Source: Bradymonadia bacterium
Lineage (GTDB): Bacteria; Myxococcota_A; Bradymonadia; UBA7976; UBA1532
Reading direction: 5' to 3'
DNA: 64,000 nt
Assembly: GCA_046290225.1 (NCBI GenBank)
Contig: JBKAGE010000036.1
Location: forward strand, 64,001-128,000
Part shown: in pieces, positions 40,843-49,998 of the stretch
Layout: the number at the start of each line of letters is the position of its first letter
How positions within the stretch are numbered: position 1 is the first letter of the stretch
Made by a program: the position numbers and the translations under genes
Notes under the pieces: generated by a model
The model's input: the letters and a program-made list of their open reading frames with translations, nothing else
The model's database searches: none
Told to the model about the DNA's origin: nothing

Positions 40843-40882
40843 TGATCAAATCTCGATCACCCAACTGATCCAGTTTCGATCA
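40843..40882. promoter_or_regulatory. Tandem palindromic enhancer-like sites TGATC-N7-GATCA (x2)
   Basis: 40843-40859 and 40866-40882, 23 bp apart, about 90-125 bp upstream of the -24 box; IHF-like ATTCAAGCAGTTA at 40786-40798 lies in between. Confidence 0.6.
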
Positions 40883-41035
40883 ATGCACTGGGCGTCTTTG
40901 ACACACGGCGACGCTGAGACTCTTCGCAGTGGCAACAGCAACCGAGGACGGGTCACCTGAATCCAATGCACACGGATGCCGATGAGAATTCAGTGGGTCG
41001 AGAGCACCACAACGACGCCGCAGGCGCCTGCAGGC

Positions 41036-41064
41036 TTGACGCCAGCCCTCACCCCTCTTAGTCT
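41036..41064 (+). promoter_or_regulatory. Putative sigma-70 promoter of nuoI
   Basis: TTGACG-N17-TAGTCT. Confidence 0.45.
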
Positions 41065-41130
41065 CCCGGCCCGAAACACCGATCCTGATGCAGTCGTCTC
41101 GCTGCACCCCGATCAAGGAGCGCCGAACAG

Positions 41131-41694
41131 ATGAACACGCCTGCCCCCAAGGCCACCACTCAGGTCATGGATCGAGTCGGCGACTCGCTCTCCGAGCGCG
41201 CCTACCTCCCGGCCATCTTCGGCGGCCTCAAGGTCACCACCCGTCACTTCTTCCGAAACCTCTTCGGCAAGAAGGACACGGTGACCGTCAGCTACCCCGA
41301 AGAGAAGATTCAGTACAGCCGCCGCTGGCGTGGCAAGCACCGCCTGCTCAAGCGGGAAGACGGCGAGCCCCGCTGCGTGGCCTGCTACATGTGCTCCACC
41401 GCCTGCCCGGCGAACTGTATCCATATCGTCGCCGGTGAGCACGACGACAAGGGCCGCGAGAAGTTCCCCGTACGCTTCGAGATCGACGAGCTGCGCTGCA
41501 TTTACTGCGGTATGTGCGAAGAGGCGTGCCCCTGTGACGCCATCCGCATGGACACGGGCGTACACGCTGATCCTGTCTATGATCGCGAGAAGGCCTGGGT
41601 CCGCAAGGAGACCCTCCTCGCCCGCGAGCCCCTGCCCAACGCCGATCGTGGCGCTCAGGCCGAGGGCCCCATCTGCGCGGTGTCCAGCCTGTAA
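41131..41694 (+). CDS. nuoI: NADH-quinone oxidoreductase subunit I (2x[4Fe-4S])
   Basis: [42 protein letters not shown]. Confidence 0.92.
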   Translation: MNTPAPKATTQVMDRVGDSLSERAYLPAIFGGLKVTTRHFFRNLFGKKDTVTVSYPEEKIQYSRRWRGKHRLLKREDGEPRCVACYMCSTACPANCIHIVAGEHDDKGREKFPVRFEIDELRCIYCGMCEEACPCDAIRMDTGVHADPVYDREKAWVRKETLLAREPLPNADRGAQAEGPICAVSSL

Positions 41695-41752
41695 TGCTCG
41701 ATTGAGCGCCTTCGCCGATGGCTGAGGGCCATCGATCACCGAGTCAACTGAC

Positions 41753-42370
41753 TCAGCGAGCCCGCCGCTTCTGGCGGGTTTTCTTTTTGGTGGGTTTGCC
41801 CGCTCCAGGCTTCCGCTGGCCCGGGCGCTGGGGGCCCGCCTCGTCCATGGCCTTCTCTTTTTGAAGCTTCTGGTGCTTCTTCAAGGCCCGTGAGCGCACG
41901 AGGTGGCTCACATGATCCACCATCACCACCCCCTCGATGTGATCGATCTCGTGCAGCAACGCCCGAGCGCCGAGGTCCTGGGCCTCGATCTCGAAGAACT
42001 CGCCCTTGACGTCCTGCGCCTTGATCTTGATCGCCTTGGGACGAGTGACGTGGATGTAGACCCCGGGGAACGACAAGCAGCCCTCCTCCGCGGAGATGGT
42101 CTCCTCGCTCTTCCAGACCACCTCGGGGTTGATGATCACCACGTCGGGCTGCCCTCGACCCTCTTCGCCCTTGAAAGCGTACGGGTTGATCAGCAGCAGC
42201 CGAGCGTCGATGCCCACCTGGGTAGCGGCGAGGCCGAGGCCGTCTTCGGCGGCCATGGTCTCCGTCATGTCCTTCACAGTGGCCTCGAGGGCCTCGTCGA
42301 AGGCCTCCACGGACCTCGCTCGAGTGCGAAGGAACGGGTTCGGATAGGGCAGAACCTTGAGGACCGCCAT
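41753..42370 (-). CDS. def: Peptide deformylase
   Basis: GLGLAATQVG, EGCLS and HEIDH motifs. Confidence 0.95.
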   Translation of the reverse strand: MAVLKVLPYPNPFLRTRARSVEAFDEALEATVKDMTETMAAEDGLGLAATQVGIDARLLLINPYAFKGEEGRGQPDVVIINPEVVWKSEETISAEEGCLSFPGVYIHVTRPKAIKIKAQDVKGEFFEIEAQDLGARALLHEIDHIEGVVMVDHVSHLVRSRALKKHQKLQKEKAMDEAGPQRPGQRKPGAGKPTKKKTRQKRRAR

Positions 42371-42529
42371 TGCAACTCCCTGACATCTCTGACATAACAC
42401 CGGTCGGCCGCGAGCCGACGGGCGCGTTTTCACGAGGCCCTCCGAGAGGGCCCGGCGCTTCATAGCAGATCACCGCGATCTCAGGGAAGATGCCCGCACG
42501 GCCACCATCGACTGCACAGGAGCCTTCAC

Positions 42530-42919
42530 TTGAGCGCCAAGGGTCCCCGCCAATCCTCTCCGCTGTTCGTCGACCCGGAAGATCTCGAGGCTGATCTCTC
42601 CACGATTCAAGACCTGCTCGACACGTACAGCCGACAGTTCAGGGGCACTCTGCAACGCATTCACTTCAAGCGCGGATTTGGTGTGGTGAAGGGCCACAAC
42701 GGCAAGACGTACGAGTTTTCGGTGCAGACCGTCTCAGTGGGCGGCGCACTGCAGCGCCTGCGGGACATCAAGCCGGGCATGGCGGTGACCTTCGATCTCG
42801 CCCACACCGAGCGCGGTCCCCGCATCAGCCGTTTGTGGGTGGGGGCGCTCAAATCGCCTGCAGAGGCGCTGAGCATGGAGTCCACGGCTTCGCTCGACGA
42901 TGAGGTCGAGTCCGACTAG
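42530..42919 (+). CDS. Hypothetical protein with cold-shock-like OB-fold
   Basis: G-x6-KRGFGVV...PGMAVTFDL...GPR resembles a CSD; start uncertain. Confidence 0.55.
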   Translation: MSAKGPRQSSPLFVDPEDLEADLSTIQDLLDTYSRQFRGTLQRIHFKRGFGVVKGHNGKTYEFSVQTVSVGGALQRLRDIKPGMAVTFDLAHTERGPRISRLWVGALKSPAEALSMESTASLDDEVESD

Positions 42920-42944
42920 AGGCCCTCACGAAAGCGCGGCCTTC

Positions 42945-43436
42945 TCAGCCTTCCGCTTTCAGAGCCTCAACGGCGGCGATCACGTCTTCTGCGTGACCCT
43001 TGACCCTCACCTTGGGCCAGTGCTGGCGCACGATGCCTTCTCCGTCGATGAGCACGGTGCTGCGGATCGGGCCGATGGAGACCTTGCCGTACAGCTTTTT
43101 CTCTCCCCAGGCAGCGAAGAGTTTGTGCACTGTACCGTCGCGGTCGCTGAGCAGCGGGAAGTTCAGACTCTGCTTCTGTCGAAACCGCTCGTGGCTCCCC
43201 ACAGTATCACGGCTGATGCCCAACACGACGGCGCCGCTCGCCTCGACACGATCCATGCGATCGCGGAAGTCGCAGGCCTCGGTGGTGCAACCGGGGGTGT
43301 TGTCCCGGGGGTAGAAATAGATCACCACCGTCTTCCCCTTGAAGGCGGACAGGCGCACGTCGCCGTGGGCGTCGGAGGGCAGTTCGAAATCAGGGGCCAC
43401 CTGGCCGATCTCAAGGGTGGACACGTCGTCGCTCAT
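42945..43436 (-). CDS. bcp: Thioredoxin-dependent peroxiredoxin Bcp/PrxQ
   Basis: APDFEL, YFYPRDNTPGCTTEACDF, RST; GGAGG upstream of ATG 43436. Confidence 0.93.
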   Translation of the reverse strand: MSDDVSTLEIGQVAPDFELPSDAHGDVRLSAFKGKTVVIYFYPRDNTPGCTTEACDFRDRMDRVEASGAVVLGISRDTVGSHERFRQKQSLNFPLLSDRDGTVHKLFAAWGEKKLYGKVSIGPIRSTVLIDGEGIVRQHWPKVRVKGHAEDVIAAVEALKAEG

Positions 43437-43628
43437 CGCTTTCTCCTCCATTGTGTTCGTGGGCACAGCAGCGCCCAGAGTGGGTGGAGGACGCCACAGA
43501 ACACCTCGCGGTCGCAAGCGTCGAGGTGATGCGGGAAAAGCCTTCTGTGACAGTGATGTTTCATTGACAAGGCGCTTTGTCCGATGACAGTGTTGCGCCC
43601 TTTTCGACTGCCCGGCACAGGTGTCTCG

Positions 43629-44513
43629 ATGCATGCTTCGACCAATGAGCGTCCGCAGAGCTACCCCGTAGACCTGCACGCCCACAGCACCTGCTCCGAC
43701 GGCGCCCTCTCGCCGCAAGCGCTGGTGCAGAAGGCGGCGGCGCGCGGGGTGCGCATCTTCGCCCTCACTGATCACGACACCACAGTGGGCATCCCCGCCG
43801 CCATGGAGGCCGCCGAGCCCCTCGGCGTCACCATCGTGCCCGGGGTGGAGATCAGCGCCCACCACGAGCGCGAGGTGCATGTGCTGGGCTATTTCATTGA
43901 TCCCGAGTACCCCGAGTTGAAGGCCATCATGGCCACCCGGAAGCTCGATCGAGAAGAGCGAGTACGTACGATCTGTGCCCGCCTCAAGGGTCTGGGCATG
44001 CCCCTCGACGCCGAGGGCATCATCCGCCACGCTGGCGGCAACGTGGGCCGACCGCACGTGGCCCGGGCCATGGTCTTCGCGGGCTACGTGAAGACCTTCG
44101 ACGAAGCCTTCAAGCGCTTCCTGGGCTCGAACAAGCCCGCCTATGTGGCTGCGAGCTACCTGCCGGTCTCCGAGGCCATCGCCATGATTCATCGGGCCGG
44201 CGGCCTCGCCGTGGTCGCCCATCCGTGCGCTGACAACCTCGCTCGGGCCATCCCCACATTTGCCGAATGGGGCCTCGATGGCGTCGAGGTCTATCACCCG
44301 GCTCACCACCCCGGGCAACGCCGCGCGCTGTTGAAGCTGTGTGAGGTGCACGATCTCGTGGTGACCGGTGGCACCGATTTCCACGGCCCTGATGGAGATC
44401 CCCCAGGGACTTTCGGCCTCGAGCCCCAGGTGTTCGAAGCCATGCTGGCCCGCCGTCAACAGAGACAGCTCGTAGATCCAGCAGCGACGAAGCCCCAGCC
44501 CTCTGCATCCTGA
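43629..44513 (+). CDS. PHP domain phosphoesterase (YciV/TrpH-like)
   Basis: DLHAHSTCSDG, TDHD, GVEIS, HVLGY, GRPH, AHP, GGTDFHG. Confidence 0.9.
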   Translation: MHASTNERPQSYPVDLHAHSTCSDGALSPQALVQKAAARGVRIFALTDHDTTVGIPAAMEAAEPLGVTIVPGVEISAHHEREVHVLGYFIDPEYPELKAIMATRKLDREERVRTICARLKGLGMPLDAEGIIRHAGGNVGRPHVARAMVFAGYVKTFDEAFKRFLGSNKPAYVAASYLPVSEAIAMIHRAGGLAVVAHPCADNLARAIPTFAEWGLDGVEVYHPAHHPGQRRALLKLCEVHDLVVTGGTDFHGPDGDPPGTFGLEPQVFEAMLARRQQRQLVDPAATKPQPSAS

Positions 44514-44556
44514 GGGCACGCTCGCCCGTTTTCAGCACCGCACACACTGAGGGCTC

Positions 44557-45123
44557 ATGTCCGATCCATCCGCCCCACCAGAGGGGCTCGACACGCCTGC
44601 GGCTGTGACGGCCTTCCTCGAGAGCCTCGACGCCGACTTCTCCGATCCCGAGCTCAACCGTACCCCGGAGCGGGTCACCCAACTCTGGCGCGACAATCTG
44701 CTCTCAGGGCACCGCCTGGATCCGCGAGAGGCGCTGGGCAAACCTCTGGATGCTGAGGGCGAAGGCGTCATCACCCTCACAGGGATCCCCTTCCACGGCA
44801 TGTGCCCTCATCATCTGCTGCCCTACTTCGGCGTGGCCCACGTGGCCTATGATCCGAGGAAGGCCATCGTGGGCATTGGCTCGCTGGAACACATGGTGAA
44901 CGCCTGCTCCAGACGGATGATCCTGCAGGAGACGCTCACCAAGATGGTGGTGGACACCCTCATGACCCATCTGGACGCAGCGGGGGCGGCCTGTGCCATC
45001 GAGGCCACCCACCTCTGCATGATCCTCCAAGGGCGCGAGCCCCGCTCCGCTCGAGTCCACACCCGACAGGCTGCGGGCTCTCTACAAGGACGCCACGACA
45101 TCCTCCCCCCGGTGACCGCATGA
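44557..45123 (+). CDS. folE: GTP cyclohydrolase I-like protein (divergent FolE)
   Basis: TPERV, CPHHLLPYFG, LQE and HLCM; Zn ligands retained. Confidence 0.8.
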   Translation: MSDPSAPPEGLDTPAAVTAFLESLDADFSDPELNRTPERVTQLWRDNLLSGHRLDPREALGKPLDAEGEGVITLTGIPFHGMCPHHLLPYFGVAHVAYDPRKAIVGIGSLEHMVNACSRRMILQETLTKMVVDTLMTHLDAAGAACAIEATHLCMILQGREPRSARVHTRQAAGSLQGRHDILPPVTA

Positions 45124-45803
45124 GCCTGCACGACCCCAAGATCGTCTTCATCACCGGCGCCAGTCGGGGCATCGGCGCCGCCTGCGCCCGCCACTTCGCC
45201 GCTCGAGGCGTCAGGGTGGGCCTGCTCGCACGGTCCTCCGAAGCCATCACCGCCCTCGCGGAAGAGCTCGGTGGTGCCGCGGCGACGTGTGACGTTGCGG
45301 ATCCACAATCGGTGAGCGACGCCATCTCTGGCCTCGTCGACCAGCTGGGGCCTGCAGATGTGCTGGTGAACAACGCCGGTGTGGTGGCCAATCACCCTGT
45401 GGCGGAGCACCCCACTGAGGCCTGGCGCCAGGTCATGGCGGTGAACCTCGACGGCCCGTTCTACGCCTCGAGGGCGGTGTTGCCTGCCATGATCGCGCAG
45501 GGGGCCGGCCGCATCGTCAACGTCGCCAGCATCAGCGCCACCCTCGGCACCCCGGGACTCTCCGCATATTGCGCTTCGAAATGGGGCCTGGTGGGCTTCA
45601 CCAAAGCCTTGAGCGAAGAGGTGAAGGGCAAGGGTGTCGTGGTCACCGCCTTAAACCCCGGGAGCGTAGACACCGACATGTTGAGGGCGAGTGGCCTGGA
45701 TTTCCCGCCCCAGATGACGCCGGAAGAGGTGGCGGCATCGGTGTGGTTCCTGGCAACAGGGCCCGCGGCCATCGCTGGCGCGGCCCTCGATATGTTCGGC
45801 TGA
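45120..45803 (+). CDS. Short-chain dehydrogenase/reductase
   Basis: TGASRGIG, NNAG, YCASK; ATGA overlap with the folE-like gene. Confidence 0.92.
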   Translation: MSLHDPKIVFITGASRGIGAACARHFAARGVRVGLLARSSEAITALAEELGGAAATCDVADPQSVSDAISGLVDQLGPADVLVNNAGVVANHPVAEHPTEAWRQVMAVNLDGPFYASRAVLPAMIAQGAGRIVNVASISATLGTPGLSAYCASKWGLVGFTKALSEEVKGKGVVVTALNPGSVDTDMLRASGLDFPPQMTPEEVAASVWFLATGPAAIAGAALDMFG

Positions 45804-45819
45804 ACCCACCCCCTGCGTC

Positions 45820-45848
45820 TTGCACCTGTGGTGATCGGGGGTTAAGGT
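45820..45848 (+). promoter_or_regulatory. Putative sigma-70 promoter of the DHH gene
   Basis: TTGCAC-N17-TAAGGT. Confidence 0.35.
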
Positions 45849-45908
45849 CGAAACCTTGTCGTCGACCAGGGCCACTCCTGCTCGACGATGATATGCAGAG
45901 GATCGCCC

Positions 45909-47090
45909 ATGGCCTCCATGACCAATCGGCCCGCCGCTGTGTCCAACCCCGTCACAGGGGATCACGTGGCTCTCCCTGCCCAGCCCACGAACGGCATCGG
46001 GTTCCACCCCATCGGCACCAACAACAGCGGCGAGCTGCTCGACCGCCTCGACGCCCTGCTCCAGACCCTCGAAGAGGCTCGGGGCGCCACTCAGCTCATC
46101 ATCATCAAGGGGCACCCGGACCCCGACAGCATCGCCAGCGCCGTGGCTCATCGTCACCTGAGCAATGCCTTCGACATCGAGTCGACCATTCTGTTCTTCG
46201 ACGAGATCTCCCACCCCGAGAACCGGGCCCTCGCCAAGAGCATCGAAGCTGATCTGCAGCGGTACCACGAGGGTTTCGACTTCAGCGCCTTCGATTACCT
46301 GTCCTTCGTCGACACCCAGACCCCCGAGTTGCCGGTGCAGGTGCACAACCCACCTCCGGTGCTCAGCCTCGTGGATCACCACAAGGCCATGGGCGGCTTC
46401 GAGGCCCGCTTCATCGACATCCGGGAAGACGCCGGCAGCACCTCGAGCATCTACGCCGAGTACCTCTCGAACAGCTCTCTGGGCCTCAAGCCCGGCGACA
46501 CCGAGAACGCGCTCCTCGCCACGGCCCTCATGCACGGCGTGCGCAGCGACACCGACAACCTGTTGCTGGGCTACCCCATCGACTTCCGCGCCGGGGCCTA
46601 CCTGCGGCCCTTCCTCGACAACGATCTGCTGCGGGTGATCAGCAAGCAGTCCATGACCGCGCGCTCGATGGAGATCATCCAGCGGGGTCTGAACTCGAAG
46701 ACCATCAAGGGCACCTTCCTGCTCGCCCGAGTGGGCTTCGTTCGCGACGAAGATCGCGACGGCATCGCCCAGGCCGCGGACTTCCTGCTGCGCCACGAGG
46801 GTGTGGAGACGGCCCTGGTCTACGGCATCGTCAACGGCGACTGCATCGACGGCTCGTTCCGTACCACCAGTCACACCATCGATCCGGACACCTGGATCAA
46901 GACCACCTTCGGCATGGACCCCTTCGGCCGGCCCTACGGCGGTGGCCGCCGCAACAAGGGAGGCTTCCGCATCCCGCTGGGCGTCTTCGCCAAGTGCCGT
47001 GATCGCGAGGCTCTGTGGGCCATCGGCAAGACCACCGTCGACGATCTCGTCTTCGAGAAGATCGGTGTGAACAAGCCCAAGGAAGACTGA
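45909..47090 (+). CDS. DHH/DHHA1 phosphoesterase (NrnA-like oligoribonuclease/pAp phosphatase)
   Basis: PDPDSIAS, VDT, VDHH, SDT, GSFR and GGGR motifs. Confidence 0.88.
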   Translation: MASMTNRPAAVSNPVTGDHVALPAQPTNGIGFHPIGTNNSGELLDRLDALLQTLEEARGATQLIIIKGHPDPDSIASAVAHRHLSNAFDIESTILFFDEISHPENRALAKSIEADLQRYHEGFDFSAFDYLSFVDTQTPELPVQVHNPPPVLSLVDHHKAMGGFEARFIDIREDAGSTSSIYAEYLSNSSLGLKPGDTENALLATALMHGVRSDTDNLLLGYPIDFRAGAYLRPFLDNDLLRVISKQSMTARSMEIIQRGLNSKTIKGTFLLARVGFVRDEDRDGIAQAADFLLRHEGVETALVYGIVNGDCIDGSFRTTSHTIDPDTWIKTTFGMDPFGRPYGGGRRNKGGFRIPLGVFAKCRDREALWAIGKTTVDDLVFEKIGVNKPKED

Positions 47091-47300
47091 CCTCTCCCCC
47101 AGTTTTCTGCCCCACGGCCCACCCCCCTCGCCATCATCACGGCAAACAGCAAGAAAACCTGGACGGGTTCTGTTTCATCGAATAGCCAGAGTTCAGCGGC
47201 GTCCTTGCAACGCCGCAGGCCCGAACTTATGCTTCGGCGCCATCTCGACGAGGTCATTTGATGGGACCCCGGGCCCACAACCATTGATGAGGATCGCAGC

Positions 47301-47906
47301 ATGAAGCGCAGTCTGTTCGCCCTCGCCCCCATGGCACTCCTGCTCACCACCGCCTGCGGTGGCCCCTCCTACGTGCGGGGCAGCGAGAACCCCGAGCTGG
47401 ACGAGTACGCCATGTCCACGGGCCTCGACAAACGAGATCTCGAGTCGCTCTTCAAGCAGAACGTGAAGAGCCTCATGAAGAGCGGGGCCATGAACCGCTG
47501 GAAGGACGCCTCCCGCTCCGGCAAGGAGCCCACGGTGGCCATCTTCCCCATGAAGAACGAGACCTCGGAGCACATCGACAGCCAGCTCGACGCTCTGCTC
47601 AGCGATTTCGAGACCGAGCTCGTGAACAGCGGCTACGTCACGGTCATCAGCCACGAGCGCCAGCGCCAGCTGGTGAAGGAGCTGAAGATGCAGACCTCGG
47701 CGGCTTTTGATCCCGACAAGGCCGCGCAGCTCGGCAAGCAGCTCGGCGCCCAGTACTTCGTCACCGGCAAGGTGTACGACTCCGCCGAGAAGAGCGGCAG
47801 CGAGCGTCGCGTGCAGTACTTCCTGTTCATGCAGGCCGTCGACGTCGAGACCGGCGCCATCCGCTGGCAGAACAAGGCCACCCTCACCAAGGGCCTGGTC
47901 AAGTAA
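47301..47906 (+). CDS. LpoB/CsgG-like lipoprotein (PBP-activator-like family)
   Basis: Lipobox TTAC; NETSEHID, GKQLGAQY, VDVETGAIRW. Confidence 0.8.
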   Translation: MKRSLFALAPMALLLTTACGGPSYVRGSENPELDEYAMSTGLDKRDLESLFKQNVKSLMKSGAMNRWKDASRSGKEPTVAIFPMKNETSEHIDSQLDALLSDFETELVNSGYVTVISHERQRQLVKELKMQTSAAFDPDKAAQLGKQLGAQYFVTGKVYDSAEKSGSERRVQYFLFMQAVDVETGAIRWQNKATLTKGLVK

Positions 47907-47908
47907 TC

Positions 47909-49291
47909 ATGTCGGCACGCGGTCTGCTCACGGTGGCGGTGCTGCTCATCGCCTGGCCCGCCCTCACCGGCTGCGGTGGCTACGCCAACACGAGCGAAGC
48001 CTTCCGGAGATCGATGGCGGGTGGGCAACCCGGGCAGGCCCTCGTGGCGGCGAACACCGCCCTCGGCGTCGATGACGCCAAGAGCCTGCCCAAGGGTCGG
48101 GGCCCCGATACGCCCCTGTTGTTGCTTGAGCGGGCGACGATTCTGCAGGCCATGGGCGAGTACGAGCTGTCCGCCCGCGACTTTCAGGCCGCCGACAAGA
48201 ACCTCGAGGTCCTCGACTTCACCTCCGACACCGCCGGCAGCATCGGGAAGTACCTCTACTCCGATGATTCGACGGTCTACAAAGCGCCGCCTCACGAGAA
48301 GCTGCTGGTGAACACCTTGAACATGCTCAACTACCTCGTCCGAGGTGATTTGAGCGGTGCCAAGGTGGAGGCCCGCCGTCTCACGGTGAATCAGAAGTAC
48401 TACAAAGACGCCGAGCCCGACGCTCGAGGCATGATGGCCTTCAGCTCCTATCTCGCAGGCTTCACCTTCGAGATGGCGGGAGATGCTCAAGAGGCTCAGC
48501 GCTACTACGGCGATGCTCAAGAGGCCGGTGGAGTGCCCACGCTCAAGCGCGCCGCTCGACGACTGCACACAGTGGCTGGGGTGGGTGATGTCCGACTCAA
48601 GGGCGTCTTGAATCAGACCATCAACATCCCCGAGGCCATGAAGAAGCCCAGTAAGAAGCCAGGTGACGTGCTCATCGTGGTGCAGACGGGCATGGCCCCC
48701 TTCAAGTCGCCCAAGCGGGTGCCCATCGGCGCCGCCATCGTCTCCGCATCGCAGCCCGGTCCTGGCGCTCGCCTCTCTCGCTCAGAGCAGCGGCGGGCGA
48801 ACAACTTCGCCGCCAAGGGTATCCTGAAGTGGGTGAACTACCCGCAGCTCAAGCGATACCGCAGCAACCTCTCCTCGGTGAACCTGTCGGTGGACGGCAA
48901 AGACGTGCCCGGTGGCCGCGCCCTCGACGTGCAGAGCCGGGTGGTGAAGGAGTACCAGCGCATCGAGGGTACGTTGCTCGCCGCCGCCATCACTCGATTG
49001 CTCACCCGCGCCGTCGCCGGTGAGCTCACCCAGGCCGCCGCCTCGGGCAAGAAGAAGAACAGCCTCGCCGCCACCTTGCTCGGCCTCGCCGTCGAAGGTG
49101 CCCTCACCGCCGCCGATACGCCGGATACCCGCAGTTGGGTCACGCTGCCGGCGCAGCTCTACATCGCCCGCAAGCAGCTGCCTCCGGGCAAGCACACCAT
49201 TCGGCTCAAAGTCCGCGGCCAGCTGCGGGAGGCCGCCGTCGATCTCCAGCCCGGCGGCTTCGCCGTGGTGAACTTCTCCGATTTGCGGTGA
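47909..49291 (+). CDS. COG3014-like TPR lipoprotein
   Basis: Lipobox LTGC; LLERA, Y...E...N..NYL, AKVEARR and DTRSWVTLP motifs; follows the LpoB-like gene. Confidence 0.75.
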   Translation: MSARGLLTVAVLLIAWPALTGCGGYANTSEAFRRSMAGGQPGQALVAANTALGVDDAKSLPKGRGPDTPLLLLERATILQAMGEYELSARDFQAADKNLEVLDFTSDTAGSIGKYLYSDDSTVYKAPPHEKLLVNTLNMLNYLVRGDLSGAKVEARRLTVNQKYYKDAEPDARGMMAFSSYLAGFTFEMAGDAQEAQRYYGDAQEAGGVPTLKRAARRLHTVAGVGDVRLKGVLNQTINIPEAMKKPSKKPGDVLIVVQTGMAPFKSPKRVPIGAAIVSASQPGPGARLSRSEQRRANNFAAKGILKWVNYPQLKRYRSNLSSVNLSVDGKDVPGGRALDVQSRVVKEYQRIEGTLLAAAITRLLTRAVAGELTQAAASGKKKNSLAATLLGLAVEGALTAADTPDTRSWVTLPAQLYIARKQLPPGKHTIRLKVRGQLREAAVDLQPGGFAVVNFSDLR

Positions 49292-49347
49292 AGCCTCGCG
49301 ATCCTCAGTCGTCTGAGGGCCAACTGAATTCATCAGGGAGCAGACCC

Positions 49348-49908
49348 ATGAACACGCGCATTGTGGCCACCCTCGCCGGGGCTACCCTCTTGCTCACGAC
49401 CTCTTCTGCCTGGGCTCTCGACGCCTGGCGAGATCGCCGCGGCCTTTACTACGGCGCCACGGTGGGCGCTGGCAGCGGTCAGCTCAAACTCAAAGAGGAG
49501 ATCCCAGGCGCTGAAGATCTCGAGGGTGAGCTGGGCCTCAACGTGCGCTTGCGCGTGGGTGGTGGGGCCACCAAGAACCTGACCCTCGATGCCGAGCTCG
49601 GCCTGTGGTCGGGCCTCGATGACGATCCCCTCAAGCCCACCGCGGGCATCACCACCGGCTTCATCGGGGCCAACGTCTTCGTCGCCGACGGGTTCTACCT
49701 CCGAGGCTTCGGCGGGTTGACCTACATGTCCCTCGATGATGCTGACGCGGATGCAGAGACTGGGCTCGGCGTGGGCTTCGGGGCTGGCTACGAGTTCTTT
49801 GCCAACTCCGATCTCGCCGTCGGCGTCGGTGCTGACTATCAAATGCACTTCTACGATGACTACGAGTTCAACCTCTTCAACCTCGGGGTCTCCCTCAACT
49901 ACTACTGA
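49348..49908 (+). CDS. Small outer-membrane beta-barrel protein
   Basis: Signal peptide ending AWA; Gly/aromatic strands; terminal ...SLNYY. Confidence 0.75.
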   Translation: MNTRIVATLAGATLLLTTSSAWALDAWRDRRGLYYGATVGAGSGQLKLKEEIPGAEDLEGELGLNVRLRVGGGATKNLTLDAELGLWSGLDDDPLKPTAGITTGFIGANVFVADGFYLRGFGGLTYMSLDDADADAETGLGVGFGAGYEFFANSDLAVGVGADYQMHFYDDYEFNLFNLGVSLNYY

Positions 49909-49934
49909 GCTTGATCGCTCAGCCCCCTCCCATC

Positions 49935-49963
49935 TTGCCCCCAGCGGCGCCCCTGAGTACCCT
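49935..49963 (+). promoter_or_regulatory. Putative sigma-70 promoter of prfB
   Basis: TTGCCC-N17-TACCCT. Confidence 0.4.
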
Positions 49964-49998
49964 GCGCGCTCCAATCATCCCCTCCGAGGAGCCGCACC

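Noticed and set aside
43437..44519. 524-aa ORF fusing a long N-terminus to Bcp
   Set aside because: The extension is the antisense of the PHP gene; Bcp has its own RBS and ATG at 43436.
49736..49998. N-terminal extension of the 466-aa RF2 ORF
   Set aside because: It overlaps the upstream OMP gene; the real start is 49999, with a +1 frameshift.
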